Source: the human T2T-CHM13v2.0 reference genome, Homo sapiens
NCBI RefSeq assembly: GCF_009914755.1
Contig: NC_060930.1
Reading direction: 5' to 3' (one strand)
DNA length: 64,000 nt
Shown: one piece after another, positions 49,172-63,619 of the stretch
Numbering within the stretch: position 1 is the stretch's first letter
Layout of the letters: every line of letters begins with the position of its first letter
Position numbers and translations under genes: made by a program
Notes under the pieces: generated by a model
What the model saw: only the letters and a program-made list of their open reading frames with translations
What the model was told of the DNA's origin: nothing
The model's database searches: none

Positions 49172-51030
49172 GAGGAGGGCTCTTTATGGTGGGCCTCCTT
49201 GTCCAGATCAACTGAGAGTAATGAGCTGTGCTCTTTCCCCATCCTGCCCATCCTCTGATTTCTTCCCTTAACTTTGAGGCACACTTTTTCATTACTGAGT
49301 GATTTAGATCCCTAGAACCCATCAGTTTAGCTTGCTTTTAGGACACAGGGATTCCAGTTCTGTGAAGTGTAATGAAGACTATGTCCGTATTCTGAAGTTC
49401 ATGCTAAGCTATGACAGATTGTCCTGGGGGAAGTTTGACTTTTGCAATGAAGCTGCAATGAGGTTGTAAACATGTCCTTGTTGGAACTGCCTGAGTCTGT
49501 ATGTTGAATTATCGTTTCCCGGCATCCTGCTGGGGCTCGGCCTCCCTATCTTCCCAGGTCCTTCCAGCTCAGCCCCCTCTTTAAAGTTTTCCCAGCTCTC
49601 GAAGGTCCGGCTGCTGCTCCAGGAGGGTGGTCCCCTGTCCTCCCAGCAGGTCCCACATGACCAAGACCTCGTCTCTGTGGTGCTGGAATTCCCAGATGTC
49701 TCATGGGCTCCATTTGGTGCTCTCCAGTGGTGGCTTATGATGAATGACACGAAGTCACATGACTGGAATGTTCCTCAGCAATTCAGGCTGCAAGCTTTGC
49801 AGAGATATTTAGGGAGGAAGAATAGTTAGTGACTTCAGAGGACTCAGGGAGAAAAAGGGTTTGGGCTGAGAGTCTCCATGTGTCGAGGTGGTGCATCTCT
49901 TTAGGAAGTGACTAACCTCAGGCACTTTGAGTTTGCTTTGCCAACTCTCTGTGTAGAGCTGTGTGATTTAGTGAGAGGTGGAAGGCAGAGCGGAGCCTTG
50001 GGAAGGGTGCTAAGTGGATGATCAGATGGTGAGAGGAGCTGACATTCCTGTAGTTTCTAAGATTCAAATGACCTCTATAAATGTTGGTAATTAATAATAA
50101 CACACTAAAACTCTCCCAATAGGAAGGCTCCCACATTTGTTTGAGGACAATCTTTGAATCAAAAAGCGGTCCCATTCCCACAGGGGAGTTGGAGCCTGGC
50201 TTTCGTGGAGCACTTGCTCAGCGAGCCGTGGTGTGACAGGGGCTCTGCTCCCACTGGGGGCTCAGGCTCACTGAACTTCAAATGCACTGAACAAAATGAA
50301 ACACAGAAGATATTAAAGTGCAGAATTGTCTTCCTAATATTAAGTAATAGACCCCCTTTTCCCGTACTTACCCCAAGGAGAATCTCATTCTCATAAATAG
50401 AAAGCGCTGGCTGTGGCGAAATCAAGGCGTTAGAAGATGATGCCTCTAGAAAGCTATCCTGAAGCAGTGTCGGGAGCTGAGCTGGCACCCGTTGCTGCGT
50501 ATGTGCTGAAATACACGAGGCTCATTCCCCAGTGAGGCCTGGGAAGAAGCAGTTATTTTGAGGGGTTTGAGAGGTTACTAAAATCTGCTAGTTTTACATT
50601 TTTCAAGTAATGCATGTCGACATTTAAGGGAATTTGATAATCAGAATATGGAGGAATGTGAAGATGTGGGGAGTGATGTATCCCCAGGAGCCAGGGGAGT
50701 GTGAGAAAATGAAGTGAGACCTCTGGAAACGGAAGAAAGAAGAGTAAGGTGCGGCTGGGTAACATCCTGTGCTTACAGAGAACATTGTCCTGAGAGAAAC
50801 CCTGTGCTTACAGAGAGCATCATCCTGAGAGAAGACTCTCCTAACACTTCCGGACTCCTCTCCAGAGGCAAGGTGCAGGCCCAGGCGTGTTGCTCAGGCA
50901 TCATCTCTACAGGGGCACACTCCTAGGTGGGAAGAGGATTGCCCTGTAGAGACGTCGGCTGAGATGATGTCTGGAGAACTTGGATGGACTTCTCCCTTAT
51001 ATCACATTTTATCACCAGGATTTGAAATCT

Positions 51031-51503
<473 letters not shown>

Positions 51504-52770
51504 TTAGCTGACAGTGACGCTGTGCCATCACTATCTGCCAGGAGGGCAGCCTGTCCGGTGCCATTCCTGGATGTATTATTTCCACTGTGAAAGGGTAGAC
51601 AGGTTCTCCAATAAGAAAAAAACATTTTGGGATCAAGTGATTGGTTCAGTTATAATCAGTTTCATGAATATTCAATTAGGATTTTCATTTTTTTTTTTTA
51701 ACATACTTTCTGCATCTAAGGCTCAGAAACCAAAATGCCAGAATCAACTATGGTAGTATTTCCACTAAGCCACAAATGGATAACTCCAAACATATCATGT
51801 GCCACAGCCTTTTAAACATTTTTATCGTTGAATGTGTAAATAGTAATGTTTTGAAGGTTTCCAGATTTCTCTCCAGATTGTGCTAGTTAACTTCATTCTG
51901 CCGTCATAGAACAATTAAACAGAAGCATTTGGGAGAGGAATAAAAAAAGTGCCAGGGAGGAACATTGTAAGTCAGACGGCAGGTGCAGAAGTGCCCTGGA
52001 AACCTGAGGCAGAAACTCACCTGGCCGCACAGTGCCTGGGCCTTCCAGGGGTGGCTCCAGGTGGGTGGAAGCACCAGTGTCTGAGAAGCTCCGGAGGCTC
52101 CACAGACTGCAGGGCAGCCCTGCCCCAGAGAGTGAGTGACTTACGTCCAGGAGCGGCCCCACCTTGCCCCACACAGACCTTCTTGGCCAGAGTTGGCCCC
52201 TGCCCCATGGAAGGAAGGGAACCTGCCCAGCGGTTGTCTGCTGCCTTGTTTAATCCATCACTGGTTGCCAAGGCTTCAACACACACATTCCTTTCTCTTT
52301 TTAACAACAAAATGAATCTCTTTGTTTTTGTTTCTATATTTTTCACTCAGTGGAATAGGCCTCCATCCTGCCGCTGCTTTCTGTGGTCTTTTCTTTCTTT
52401 TAAACCCTTGGTTATAGATAGAACGTTGTCCTTTACACTTAAGCTCTACATGATAAGAGCAAACTTAAGGCACTTTTGTTTCCTCCAAAATTTCCGGGCT
52501 CTTCATGAAGAGATTTTTCTCGAATGGTCAAGATTTAGATGAAACTTAGGAACACACAGTTCTCTGCTAAGAAGCCATCAGATCAGCCGGAAAAAAAAAA
52601 AAGAAAAAAGAAAGACTTTTAGAAATTGCTATGTGAGACAGTAGGAATCATTCTGGGTGCAGGTGGACAAATTACTGTATTTGTGATTGTTAAAAATGCT
52701 ACTTCTTTTTTTTTTGCCAAGAGATTTTACGAAAGTGACATAGTTTGTGAAAGCCAAATAGGGAATCAGA

Positions 52771-53504
52771 TGAAACTGGGGAGCTCTGGATGAAGCGAGG
52801 TGCTGCTCTGAGAGCTGGAACTGGGGGCTCTGGATGAAGCGAGGTGCTGCTCTGAGAGCTGGAACTGGGGGGCTCTGGATGAAGCGAGGTGCTGCTCTGA
52901 GAGCTGGAACTGGGGGCTCTGGATGAAGTGAGGTGCTGCTCTGAGAGCTGGAACTGGGGGGCTCTGGATGAAGCGACGTGCTGCTCTGAGAGCTGGAACT
53001 GGGGGGCTCTGGATGAAGCGGCATGCTGCTCTGAGAGCTGGAACTGGGGGGCTCTGGATGAAGCGAGGTGCTGCTCTGAGAGCTGGAACTGGGGGGCTCT
53101 GGATGAAGCGACGTGCTGCTCTGAGAGCTGGAACTGGGGGGCTCTGGATGAAGCGACGTGCTGCTCTGAGAGCTGGAACTGGGGGGCTCTGGATGAAGCG
53201 AGGTGCTGCTCTGAGAGCTGGAACTGGGGGGCTCTGGATGAAGCGAGGTGCTACTCTGAGAGCTGGAACTGGGAGGCTCTGGATGAAGCAAGGTGCTCTG
53301 AGAGCTGGAACATTGGGGGCTCTGAATGAGTTGAAGCACTGCTTTGAAAGCTGAAACTGGGGTGCTCTGGATGAAGCGAGGTGCTGCTCTGAGAGCTGGA
53401 ACTGGGGGGCTCTGAGTGGAAGCACTGCTTTGAAAACTGGAACTGGGGTGCTCTGGATGAAGCCAGGTGCTGCTCTGAGAGCTGGAACTGGGGTGCTCTG
53501 GATG
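52771..53504. repeat. 45-bp VNTR (CTGGAACTGGGGGGCTCTGGATGAAGCGAGGTGCTGCTCTGAGAG), ~16 copies
   Basis: Visible array; 15-aa periodicity in the ORF track; G-run length varies (44/45-bp units). Confidence 0.96.
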
Positions 53505-53996
53505 CCGCTCCCACAGCTGGAGTCCTGCTCTCGTGCCCTGCTCCAGGGGCTCCTCTAGGGCAGATCAGCCGCTTCTGTGGGTTGGTGGTGGGGGAAGGGT
53601 TGAGAGACACTTGGGCAGCATTGGAGGGGGCATTCATTGTCAGGCCACTGCCTGCTGGATCAGGAGATGAGGAGGTCACTTCCAACTTTCTCCCTTTGCT
53701 CTTCTCAGTTGTAGTGAGTTTCCAAAAATCTCAAGAAAAACAGCATATTTGTCATAGTATTTGTGCATGCGCTTTGTCTGGGCTTTCTGCATCTGTCCCA
53801 GAGGACGAATTCTTCAAAACCCCAGCTCCACGAAGGGTGCACCTGCAACATGTTTATTTCCATGTCGGCCAAGGCCGGTGGAGGGAGGAAGCGGGATGGG
53901 GAGAAGCGCCAAAAGTCAAAGTCATCCTGGACGCTTGGTTTCTCCCGGATGTTTCAGCAGGGCCAAGGAATGGTGAATAGCCCGGTGGGGCGGTAA

Positions 53997-54820
<824 letters not shown>

Positions 54821-55635
54821 CTAAAAATTACATTTTTGACCAGGGTGAATTTTATGGTATGTGAAATAGATTTCACTAAAGCCATACCAAATTATATTTT
54901 TATGTGAGATGTCCTATTGAGTTTATTCGGTTACTTTTCCTGTTGATCAATGATTATTTTCCTTTTGATACTCCTAGTATGCTATCCTTATATAGATTTT
55001 TTAAAATTTAATGTATTATTTGTTATGCAAAAGGATTTACAATATATGTACATATTGTATAGTTTTGTATACTATAAAACTGTAGCAAAAAGTTATCTGC
55101 AAATCTATCTACATTTCTCAGAAAGTACCAAGTGTTGTTTTGTTTTTAAAAAATAGTGGATGCATTTCACTGATAATTACCCTGTAATAAAAGTAACTCA
55201 GGGGGGCTCTGAGGTTTGTACTCTTCTTTTCTCCTTGGCTCAATGAAGGCTTTCTTGTTGAGTCAGTGTCAACAATGAGCACCATGAGGAGCTGGAGACA
55301 GACCATCCTGCTGTGCACACATGGATTTATATCGAGGGACACAGGGCGCTGCGGGTTCTTTGCTTCCCATGGTGATCGCAGCAGGTGAGGAATGTGTATG
55401 GTCAGGGCTCTGCCAGCCTTGCTGGAATTCCGGAAGCACATGTTCTAAAGTGTTGGCAGGACTTTCAGGTCAGTGATTTTCAAAACTTTGGAGCCAAGGG
55501 AATCCCCCCATTCAGAATGTGCAGATGTTCCTTAAGGAAAACCTATAACCACTCCTGCCACCACCTTCCCCCCGTCCCCCACCGACTGCCTTCTCCCTGC
55601 CATGGGCAGTGGGCACCATTTAGAAATTCTTTTGA

Positions 55636-55950
<315 letters not shown>

Positions 55951-56758
55951 GGATTATGAAGGTTTTATTTGTAAAGCTCATTTCTGCAACTCTCAGTAAT
56001 GTCTTTAAATAGTGGTTTAATACGTTAAGCAGTTTTATCCATAATTCTGTTTCTTTTCGTCTCAAGAAGAAACTCTAGAAGCAGCACGCATACAGACATC
56101 AGGTGATACAAGCTGGCATTTTGGGATTACTTATCTAAGGCAGGTCTGGCTAACCTTGGCTGATGGATCCAATGGTGTTTCTCTCACAGTCACTTCTTCC
56201 TGTTCTTGTTTCTAATGGGTCAGACCCAGCTGTGGCACTGGCCAACATGGCCCTTCTGTTCTTACTCCAAGAGTCCTTGCCCTGATGAAAGGGGCTGGTT
56301 CTCATCAGGCTCCTCACTGGTAAAAAGAGATAAGAGCCAGTCCTTCCAGGGCCTTGCCACTGCTCCCTGAAGGAAACCTGTTGGGAAGGAGCGGTTTCAG
56401 TCATGGTGGAACCCCTGGAGGGTCTCAGATTCTTACTCTTTGCAACTTCCTAACGGAGCAGTGCTTTCGCCCGAGGAAAGTTTGGCAAAACTGAAAGGAG
56501 GGACAGGCTTTGCTAGGGGTAATTTAGTGTGTTTTGTAAACGGATAGGGGTTCACTAGTTTATATAAACATGCAGACTTGGTTGGTTGAACTTCAGGGAT
56601 CAATAGAATTCAGAGGGTCAGGGTTTGAATACAGAAGCAATTTTGTAAATCTTTCTGTTCGTAAATGGTGTCCTGAAATCAATAAACTTTAGCAATTCAA
56701 ATCATCGTGCAAACCCAGGCTTGTACGGAAAGCCAAATCACAAGCCTCTGCTTCTCCA

Positions 56759-56865
56759 CCAGCAGAGCTGCTCGGAGCCGATGACATTTGCAGAGACTGA
56801 CCACATGGCCAGCAGAGCTGGTCGGAGCCGATGACTTTTGCAGAGACTGACCACATGGCCAGCAG
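56759..56865. repeat. 50-bp tandem duplication (2.1 copies)
   Basis: AGCAGAGCTG at 56761 and 56811; only 2 mismatches between copies. Confidence 0.93.
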
Positions 56866-56882
56866 TGCCAAGAGGTCCCACG

Positions 56883-56945
56883 TGCAGCCTCGTTAGGAGT
56901 GCGTCCTCACCGCTGCAGCCTCGTTAGGAGTGCTCCCTCACTGCT
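56883..56945. repeat. 31-bp tandem duplication (2 copies)
   Basis: TGCAGCCTCGTTAGGAGTGC at 56883 and 56914. Confidence 0.92.
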
Positions 56946-57511
56946 TCAAGATGTCCAGTGGAAATTTCCACTCCATTCGGTGATATTGTGCATTTGTCTT
57001 TCTCGTTGTCTTGGGTTGGAAGACTAAATTAGAAACAATAATTTTCTCTAAGTTTTATCTGCTCACAGAAAATACATATGAAATTTAAAATATATTCATT
57101 TTCCCAAAATTGGCCTTTATAAGTGACTGTGTGCTTCAGTGCAGAATTCCTTCTGCTGTGAGCCAAGGCTAATCTCCATCACAATTGCCCACAAGGCTGG
57201 ATAAAAGTGCGATTTGGATCCTCTCTTGAGCCCCTGCTCCAGAATCTACAGGGCGGAGCCGGAACATGCTTTGTTCTAAAGTGTGGCTTTGTGGTGATCC
57301 TCCTGCACTTTGAGGTCTCAGAATCACAGTCTCAGTCTGCCAGTATCAGTCTCTGCTGTGAGTCCTTTTGGACATAGTTTCCTACTCTTTCCGTTATAAA
57401 GCGTCTTCACATTTTAATGAAAAAATACCTGTTGTTAGTGAAGCTATTTTGTGGTATATATTTGTAATAATTAATTTCCTTAAAAAACCCAATTTTTAAA
57501 CTGGGTCTCCT

Positions 57512-57836
57512 GGTCAAGCGCAGTGGCTCATGCCTGTAATCCCAGCAGTCTGAGAGGCCGAGTCGGTGGGCTGCTTGAGTTCAAGAGTTTGAGACCAGCC
57601 TGGGCAACATGATGAAACCCTGTCTCTACCAAAAATACAAAAAATTAACCAGGTGTTAGTGGCTCATGTCTGTAGTCCTAGCAACTTAGGAGGCTGAGGT
57701 GGGAGGATCACTTGAACCCAGGAGGCTGAGGTTGCAGTGAGCTGAGATAGTGCCCCTGCACTCCAGTCTGGGTGACAGAGCAGGACTCCATCTGAAAAAA
57801 GTAAAATTAAATAAATAAAAATTAAATTAAATTAAA
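57512..57836 (+). mobile_element. AluJb-like
   Basis: Full dimer, TAAAT-type tail; TSD TAAACTGGGT(C/A)TCCT at 57497-57511 and 57837-57851. Confidence 0.93.
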
Positions 57837-58167
57837 TAAACTGGGTATCCTGTGACATTACTTTGTTCTATGTTTAAACAAGGATAATTATGTTTTTAAA
57901 AAAGGATTTCTATTCCAGGGTTCCATGGAATAGAAATTTGTTTCTTAATGAAGTCATATTTGACACATCCAAAGCCACAGATGCCAAAACATTGATAATT
58001 AAAGAGAAGTATAGATTTTCTTCACTGTCATTTGAGGCATTTCCAGAATAATTTTTACCCAAACATGAAACAAATAAGGAATATCAAATGTGAGATGCTG
58101 AGAGTTTCTTATATATAAATTTTATTACATCTGCTAAATTTTGTAATATTGTTGTAATTCATGAAAC

Positions 58168-59540
58168 ATTTTTAATTGAAGTAAAATACACACACAGTTT
58201 ATCATCTTAACCATTTTTAAAAATCGTAAGCATTTTAAGTGTGTGGCTGAGTTCTGTTTTAAGGAGATATAACTGTCGCACAACCGATATCCAGAACTTT
58301 TTCAACTGGCAAAACCGAAACTTGACCCGTTTATCTCAGCCCAGCCCTAGTAGCCACCATTCTACTTTCTGTCTCTATCAGTTTGCTCCGAGAATTCTAT
58401 CAATCTGTCTTTATTAATTCTGCTCTAAGTACCTCATATATGTAGAATCATGCAGTAGTGGTCTTTTTGTGACAGGCTTACTTCACCTGGCATAATGGCC
58501 TCAAGGTTCATTCATGCGGTAACATAGTTCAGCATTTCCTTCTTTTCCAAGGCTGAGTAATATTCTATTGTATGCATACACCACCTTTAGCTTATGCCTT
58601 CATCTGTCCGTGGATACTTGGGCTAATGCTGCTATGGACATGAGTATCTCTTCAACACCTTGCTTTCAGTTCTCACGGATATATACATGGAAGTTGAATT
58701 GCTGGATCAAATGGTTACTTTTACTTTTTCAAGAAACCACCGTATTATTTTCCATAGTGCCTATATCATTTTATATTCCCACCAGAATATACAAGGACTC
58801 TGTTTTCTTCACATTCTCACCAACACTTGTTATTTCTGTGTTTCTTTCTCTTTTTTATTTGTCTATGTATGTATGTATTTATTTTTGGATAGTGCCATCC
58901 TGATGGGTTGGGTGTGATTGCTCATTGGAAGGTTTTCATTTTTATTTCCCTAATGAGTAATGATGTTGAGCATCTTTTCTTATTCAAGTCCTGTGCCCAT
59001 TTTTCAATTGGGTTATTTTTGTTGTTGTTGACTTGTATAAGTTCTTTGCATATTCTGGATAGCAGTTGCTTTTTCAGATACATGATTTGCAAGTATTTTC
59101 TCCCACTCCGTGTGTGCGTTTCCACTCTGATGACGGTGTCATTTGATGCACAGAAGTTTTACATTTTGATGCAGTCCAGTTTATCCATTTTTCCTGCTAT
59201 GGCTTGTGCTTTTGGGGTCATAGCCAGGAAATCATTGCCAAAGCCAATGTCAAGATATTTTCCTCCATGTTTTCTTCTAGGAATTTTATAGTTTTGAGTC
59301 TTAGGTTTAGGTCTTTGATCCATTTTGAGTTAATTTTTGTCTGTGGTGTTAGGTAAGGGTCCAACTTCGTTGTTTTGCATGTGGATACCCAGTTTTCCGA
59401 ATACCAGCTGTTGAAGAGACTGTCCCTTCCCCCAGTGAATGGTCTTGCCATCATTACTGAAAATCATTTGCCTGTATATGTAAGAGCTTATTTCTGGCAC
59501 TTCTACTCTATTCTATTGGTGTATATATTTATTTTTATGC
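58168..59540 (-). mobile_element. L1MB-type LINE-1 3' portion
   Basis: CCACCATTCTACTTTCTGTCTCTAT..AAGTACCTCATATATGTAGAATCATGCAGTA; minus-strand ORFs KNNPIEKWAQDLN and [20 protein letters not shown] are L1 ORF2. Confidence 0.9.
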
Positions 59541-60153
59541 CCTCTTCCACTATCACCTGGCCATTGCCCAACACTGCAATTAACAATTTTTAAATTGCTC
59601 CCTTAACAAAAAAAGTTTTTTTAAAAGACATTTTTTAAAAAGTATTGGAGATTGTAGGATGGGCAGCAGACTCTCATCTTTGAATTATGAGTGTGGCTGC
59701 TTAAGGTAACAATGTCACATGTTTATTCTGATAAGACTTTCCGTGTTGCTGCAATATTAAAATGCTATTGCTTTTGGACATCTTGAGTCTTTAGTAAAAT
59801 TATCATCCTCTTGCAAATTGTTGGGAATGCAGGCATTTTTTCCCCTCCAAGGCATAATTAGGACACATTGCAGAAGAAAGTTAGATTTTTTAGAATCAAT
59901 TTTTTTCTTTTCATATTTTACTAATACTATAGGGGAAATGGGGAAATGCTATTTCTCATTCAAAAGCACTGCACTGGAGCATCGTGATGTTTTGAAGCTC
60001 TCTCCTCACCTCCTCCCACACTGTTTGGTGCTCAGTCTTCTTTCCATCAGAATCATTGCTGATGGATGCGTCTGTGATGCTACAGCACCGGGGAAGGCTC
60101 CGATTCATACAAACCCTCTTCCACTGTCCCCTGGCCATTGCCCAACACTGCAA
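59540..60153 (+). repeat. Dispersed 40-bp direct repeat (59540-59579 and 60114-60153)
   Basis: CCCTCTTCCACT(A/G)TC(A/C)CCTGGCCATTGCCCAACACTGCAA, 38/40 identical. Confidence 0.92.
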
Positions 60154-60515
60154 AATCCTTTGTCCTTTGGCTGAGCAGCCCTTTGGTGTGTTAAGATGAA
60201 GAGTACGATTGTAAATTCAACCTCCACCCCTGAAGGTGACTACAGTTTGGATGCTGCCCCAGGGCAGAATTCCAGTGGACAGAGCAGGGAGTGGGATCAG
60301 GGCTGAGACCACTGAGACCTTCCTGGGTGAGGCAGATGCCTGGAGCAGGGTGGCCAGAAAGTGGATCTCCCTACATGTTTATAAGATTCTGGCATTACTG
60401 AAGGGTATTGAATGGCTCGAAAGTTCAAGCCCTCCAGGCACAGCAGGGACTGCGGGCACTGCCAGGTGTCATGGCCCAATTGGCATTGCTCAGGTCCTTT
60501 CCCTGCAGCACCGCC

Positions 60516-60571
60516 CTTACCTGCCACCTGTGTGCCCTGTGGTCTTACCTGCCACCTGTGTGCCCTGCGGT
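60516..60571. repeat. 28-bp tandem duplication
   Basis: CTTACCTGCCACCTGTGTGCCCTGYGGT twice. Confidence 0.9.
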
Positions 60572-63500
60572 GAGCCTGTGAAACGATACTGTTACCTTCT
60601 CTCACTTCCTTGATGCCTGTTGCTTATTCTCTTGAAGGAGCATGGTGCAGGTCTGGATTCTACCTGAAACGTCTCCAGGTGACTGTGTGGGCAGGACTTT
60701 TGGAAGCGCATTGAACTCCAGGTGACAGAGAAGACCAGCGACTCTGTCTTTGTTAGAAACAGACCAAAACTTGAGAATTTGGTGCAGGCCGTCCTTGTCA
60801 TCCCTACTTGGGAGAGGAATAGTTAGGGCTGAAACAGGTCACCGTAACTGATGAGGGCACAGTCTATGCAAAGCCAGTGCTGCCAAGGAAAGTGTCTTCT
60901 CACAAGCAAGACTCCTTTGGCACTAGTGTCTTGTGTGTCTCAGTGGGTGTGAGCGTGTGTGTGAGGAAGGAGGGCAGGGGGCTGCTGCCTGTTGGGACAG
61001 CACGGCATGTGTGCTGCAAATTAATGGGATCTGGAGCCTGGAGACAGAGTCTTGTCCCTTCCCAGCTATATGACGTTAGGCAGATCACTGACCTTACCAC
61101 ATCTCAGTCCCTTCTAAATCCAGGACTTAGCATAACAACCCATTCGCCTCTCCACTCTCCACGCAGGCTTGTGTGAGGGCTCAGTGTAGTGGTGGGATTT
61201 TGTTCTTTCCTCTGTTCATCCGTGCATTGATGGATTGCTTCATTCAATAGTGAGCATTTAGCACAGGTGGGGAGGAAAGCCCCCTGGGGAAGGAGCACAG
61301 ACCCGATCCTGGCTTCCTACAGCTCGCAGGTTCCTGCACGTTTTATGGGGGAGGCCAATACTGAGCATCTGCTCTGTGCACCTGTGCATAAGGGGGAGGG
61401 ACGATAAGGGCTGCATTGACCTAGAGCTGCCAGCTGGGCTGGGGCTTCCTGGGGCACCTTTCACAGTGCCCCGCTCCTCCTTCCAGCATTTCCTGCTGCC
61501 CTTTGCTGATTCCACCCTCTCGTGATTTTGTTCCACTGATGGGTCCATTTCAGCCTCCTTTCCAGGCTCCAGCTCCTGCGTCTGAGCTCTCTCTGCTGGT
61601 GTGGTCTGGCCGCTTGGTTCTGGCCTCTCTGTCCTCTCTCTACAAGCTCTCTGTCAGTAATGCCGCTATGTCCCTGCCTTTAAATACTATTTGTGCTTGA
61701 TAATTTACAAACGTGTCTGTCCACTGAAACCTCCGGAGACGTATACAACTGCCTCCTTGATAGCGCCACAGCCAAGACCACCAGGCACAGCTGCGCAGGC
61801 TGTGCACTGCACAACTCCAGGGGCATCGTTGATACACACGGTAAAGCACAGTGACGAGCCCAGCAGAACAGGGTAGGACACGACAGTTATTGCTGCTGAT
61901 GTTCTGTGTAGAAAACGTGTAACAAATGACACGTCCTTAACCTTTTGAGGCATTTATATTACTCCGTATTTGGATACTGAAGTGCCATAAAGAGGTTTTG
62001 ACTGCTAAACTACAGTTTCATACTTATGGGGATGCATTTGTGATTCCTTTATGTTTGTAAGTGATACCATACTGCTGACTACCTAGAAAGCTTCTCATCT
62101 AGAACTAAGGATTCCGATACATTTTTGAGGAGAAAGAAGAAAAAAGAATGTAAGGTCGTTGTGGCTGTAGCTTCAGAATAGATCCCTTTATGGTAGGTCA
62201 GCACTCATGCCATACACTCTTGTCAGCTGGTTTCTCATTTTAGGAAACCACGGTCTAGTGAGGAGTTTGGAATCGGGAAGATGAGTTCAAATGCCAGCCC
62301 TGCTGTGGGTGATCTGGGGCTCGTTGGCCTCACCCTTGCTTTGGAGAAGCTAAACTTTGAAGTGTGTGGAAGGCAGCTTGGATAGTCCTGGCATGTTTGA
62401 TGGATGTCACATTTCAATGCCTTTCCTTCCTCTTCTCTGTGGACGTAGATTAAATTCACTCTCATTTATTCCTGAAGCATTTGGAGAGCAGGTGCCAATG
62501 TCCCAGGCACAGGTGGAAACACGTGGTGCGTACAACCTTGCTCAATCCCTCCCCCACCCCACCAGGTCGTGATCCCTGAGGGAAGCATGGTCTCATGCGG
62601 GCTCTGAGCAAGACGGGTGAGATGTTCTGTAAACCTGTGGCAGGCTGGGGAGAGGAGGCCATGGCCAGCGTTGCCTTGGGGGACAGGGCATGAAGGCACA
62701 TGGGTCTGGAAGGCAGTGTCAGGACTGAGACAGGAGGGTGAGTCCAGAGCGGGGACAGAGGACGAGAACTGAGACCTGCTTCCCACGCGTCTGTGGCCCA
62801 GGGAGGCCACGTGTGAGACCTGGTGTGGGTCGAGGACACTGCTCGGCGTTAGAAGAAGAAGTAGTGAAGGGCAGTATTGGTGGAATAGGCAGGAGAGGGA
62901 GACAACGTCTCCGGAGCCAGTGGGTGGGAGCCGCAGGGCTGGGCAGTGGGCACAGGTGCCAAGGGGAATGGGGTCAGGGTTCTCCAGGCGTGGGCTTCAC
63001 GGGGGTCTGTGTCGTTAACTGAGGGGCAGGCAGGAGCAGGTGGACCAGGAGGCGTGGAAGGGCTGAGGTTTGCTAACCGTAGTCCACTTGGGACCTTCCC
63101 ACACGTGGTCTCCCAGAACCATTCCGGTCTCACAGGTACAGAGATGAGGTTGGAGAGGTTTTAGGAAGTCACCCAATAACACACAAGCGTAAAAAGATAG
63201 AACCAGGATTTAATATATTGATTTCTGATTCAAACTCTATTTTTATTTTAACCATCTCCAACTGTGCAGAGGCAGTTGGGAAATACATGAGAGTCTTGGC
63301 TGCACTTTAGATTTGGGAGTTAACAGATATGGCGGAAATAACTATGATGGGAGTGTTTTTGACCCACAATTTTCGTGATATATAGTTAATCAATCACTCA
63401 CTAGTTAATCACTGAGTAGACGAGAAAGTGATGTCTAACCCTATTTGAAGAGAACATGGCAGTTTCTGTTTTTCACTGGGTGTTTGGTGTATTTACTTTT

Positions 63501-63584
63501 TGCTATTGTTTTCCTGTAATATCACTACTAAGAGATTAAACATTTAGAGTTTTGCAGTACTGAGCAGTTGGCAATCTTTTATCC

Positions 63585-63617
63585 TGTGTGTGTGTGTGTA
63601 TGTGTGTGTGTGTGTGT
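63585..63617. repeat. (TG)n microsatellite, one interruption
   Basis: Directly visible. Confidence 0.9.
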
Positions 63618-63619
63618 CT

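Noticed and set aside
52629-53685. Repetitive ORFs and CRISPR-like appearance of the 45-bp array
   Set aside because: Head-to-tail units with no unique spacers, no cas genes, eukaryotic context. The same applies to 18371-19307 and 45343-45533.
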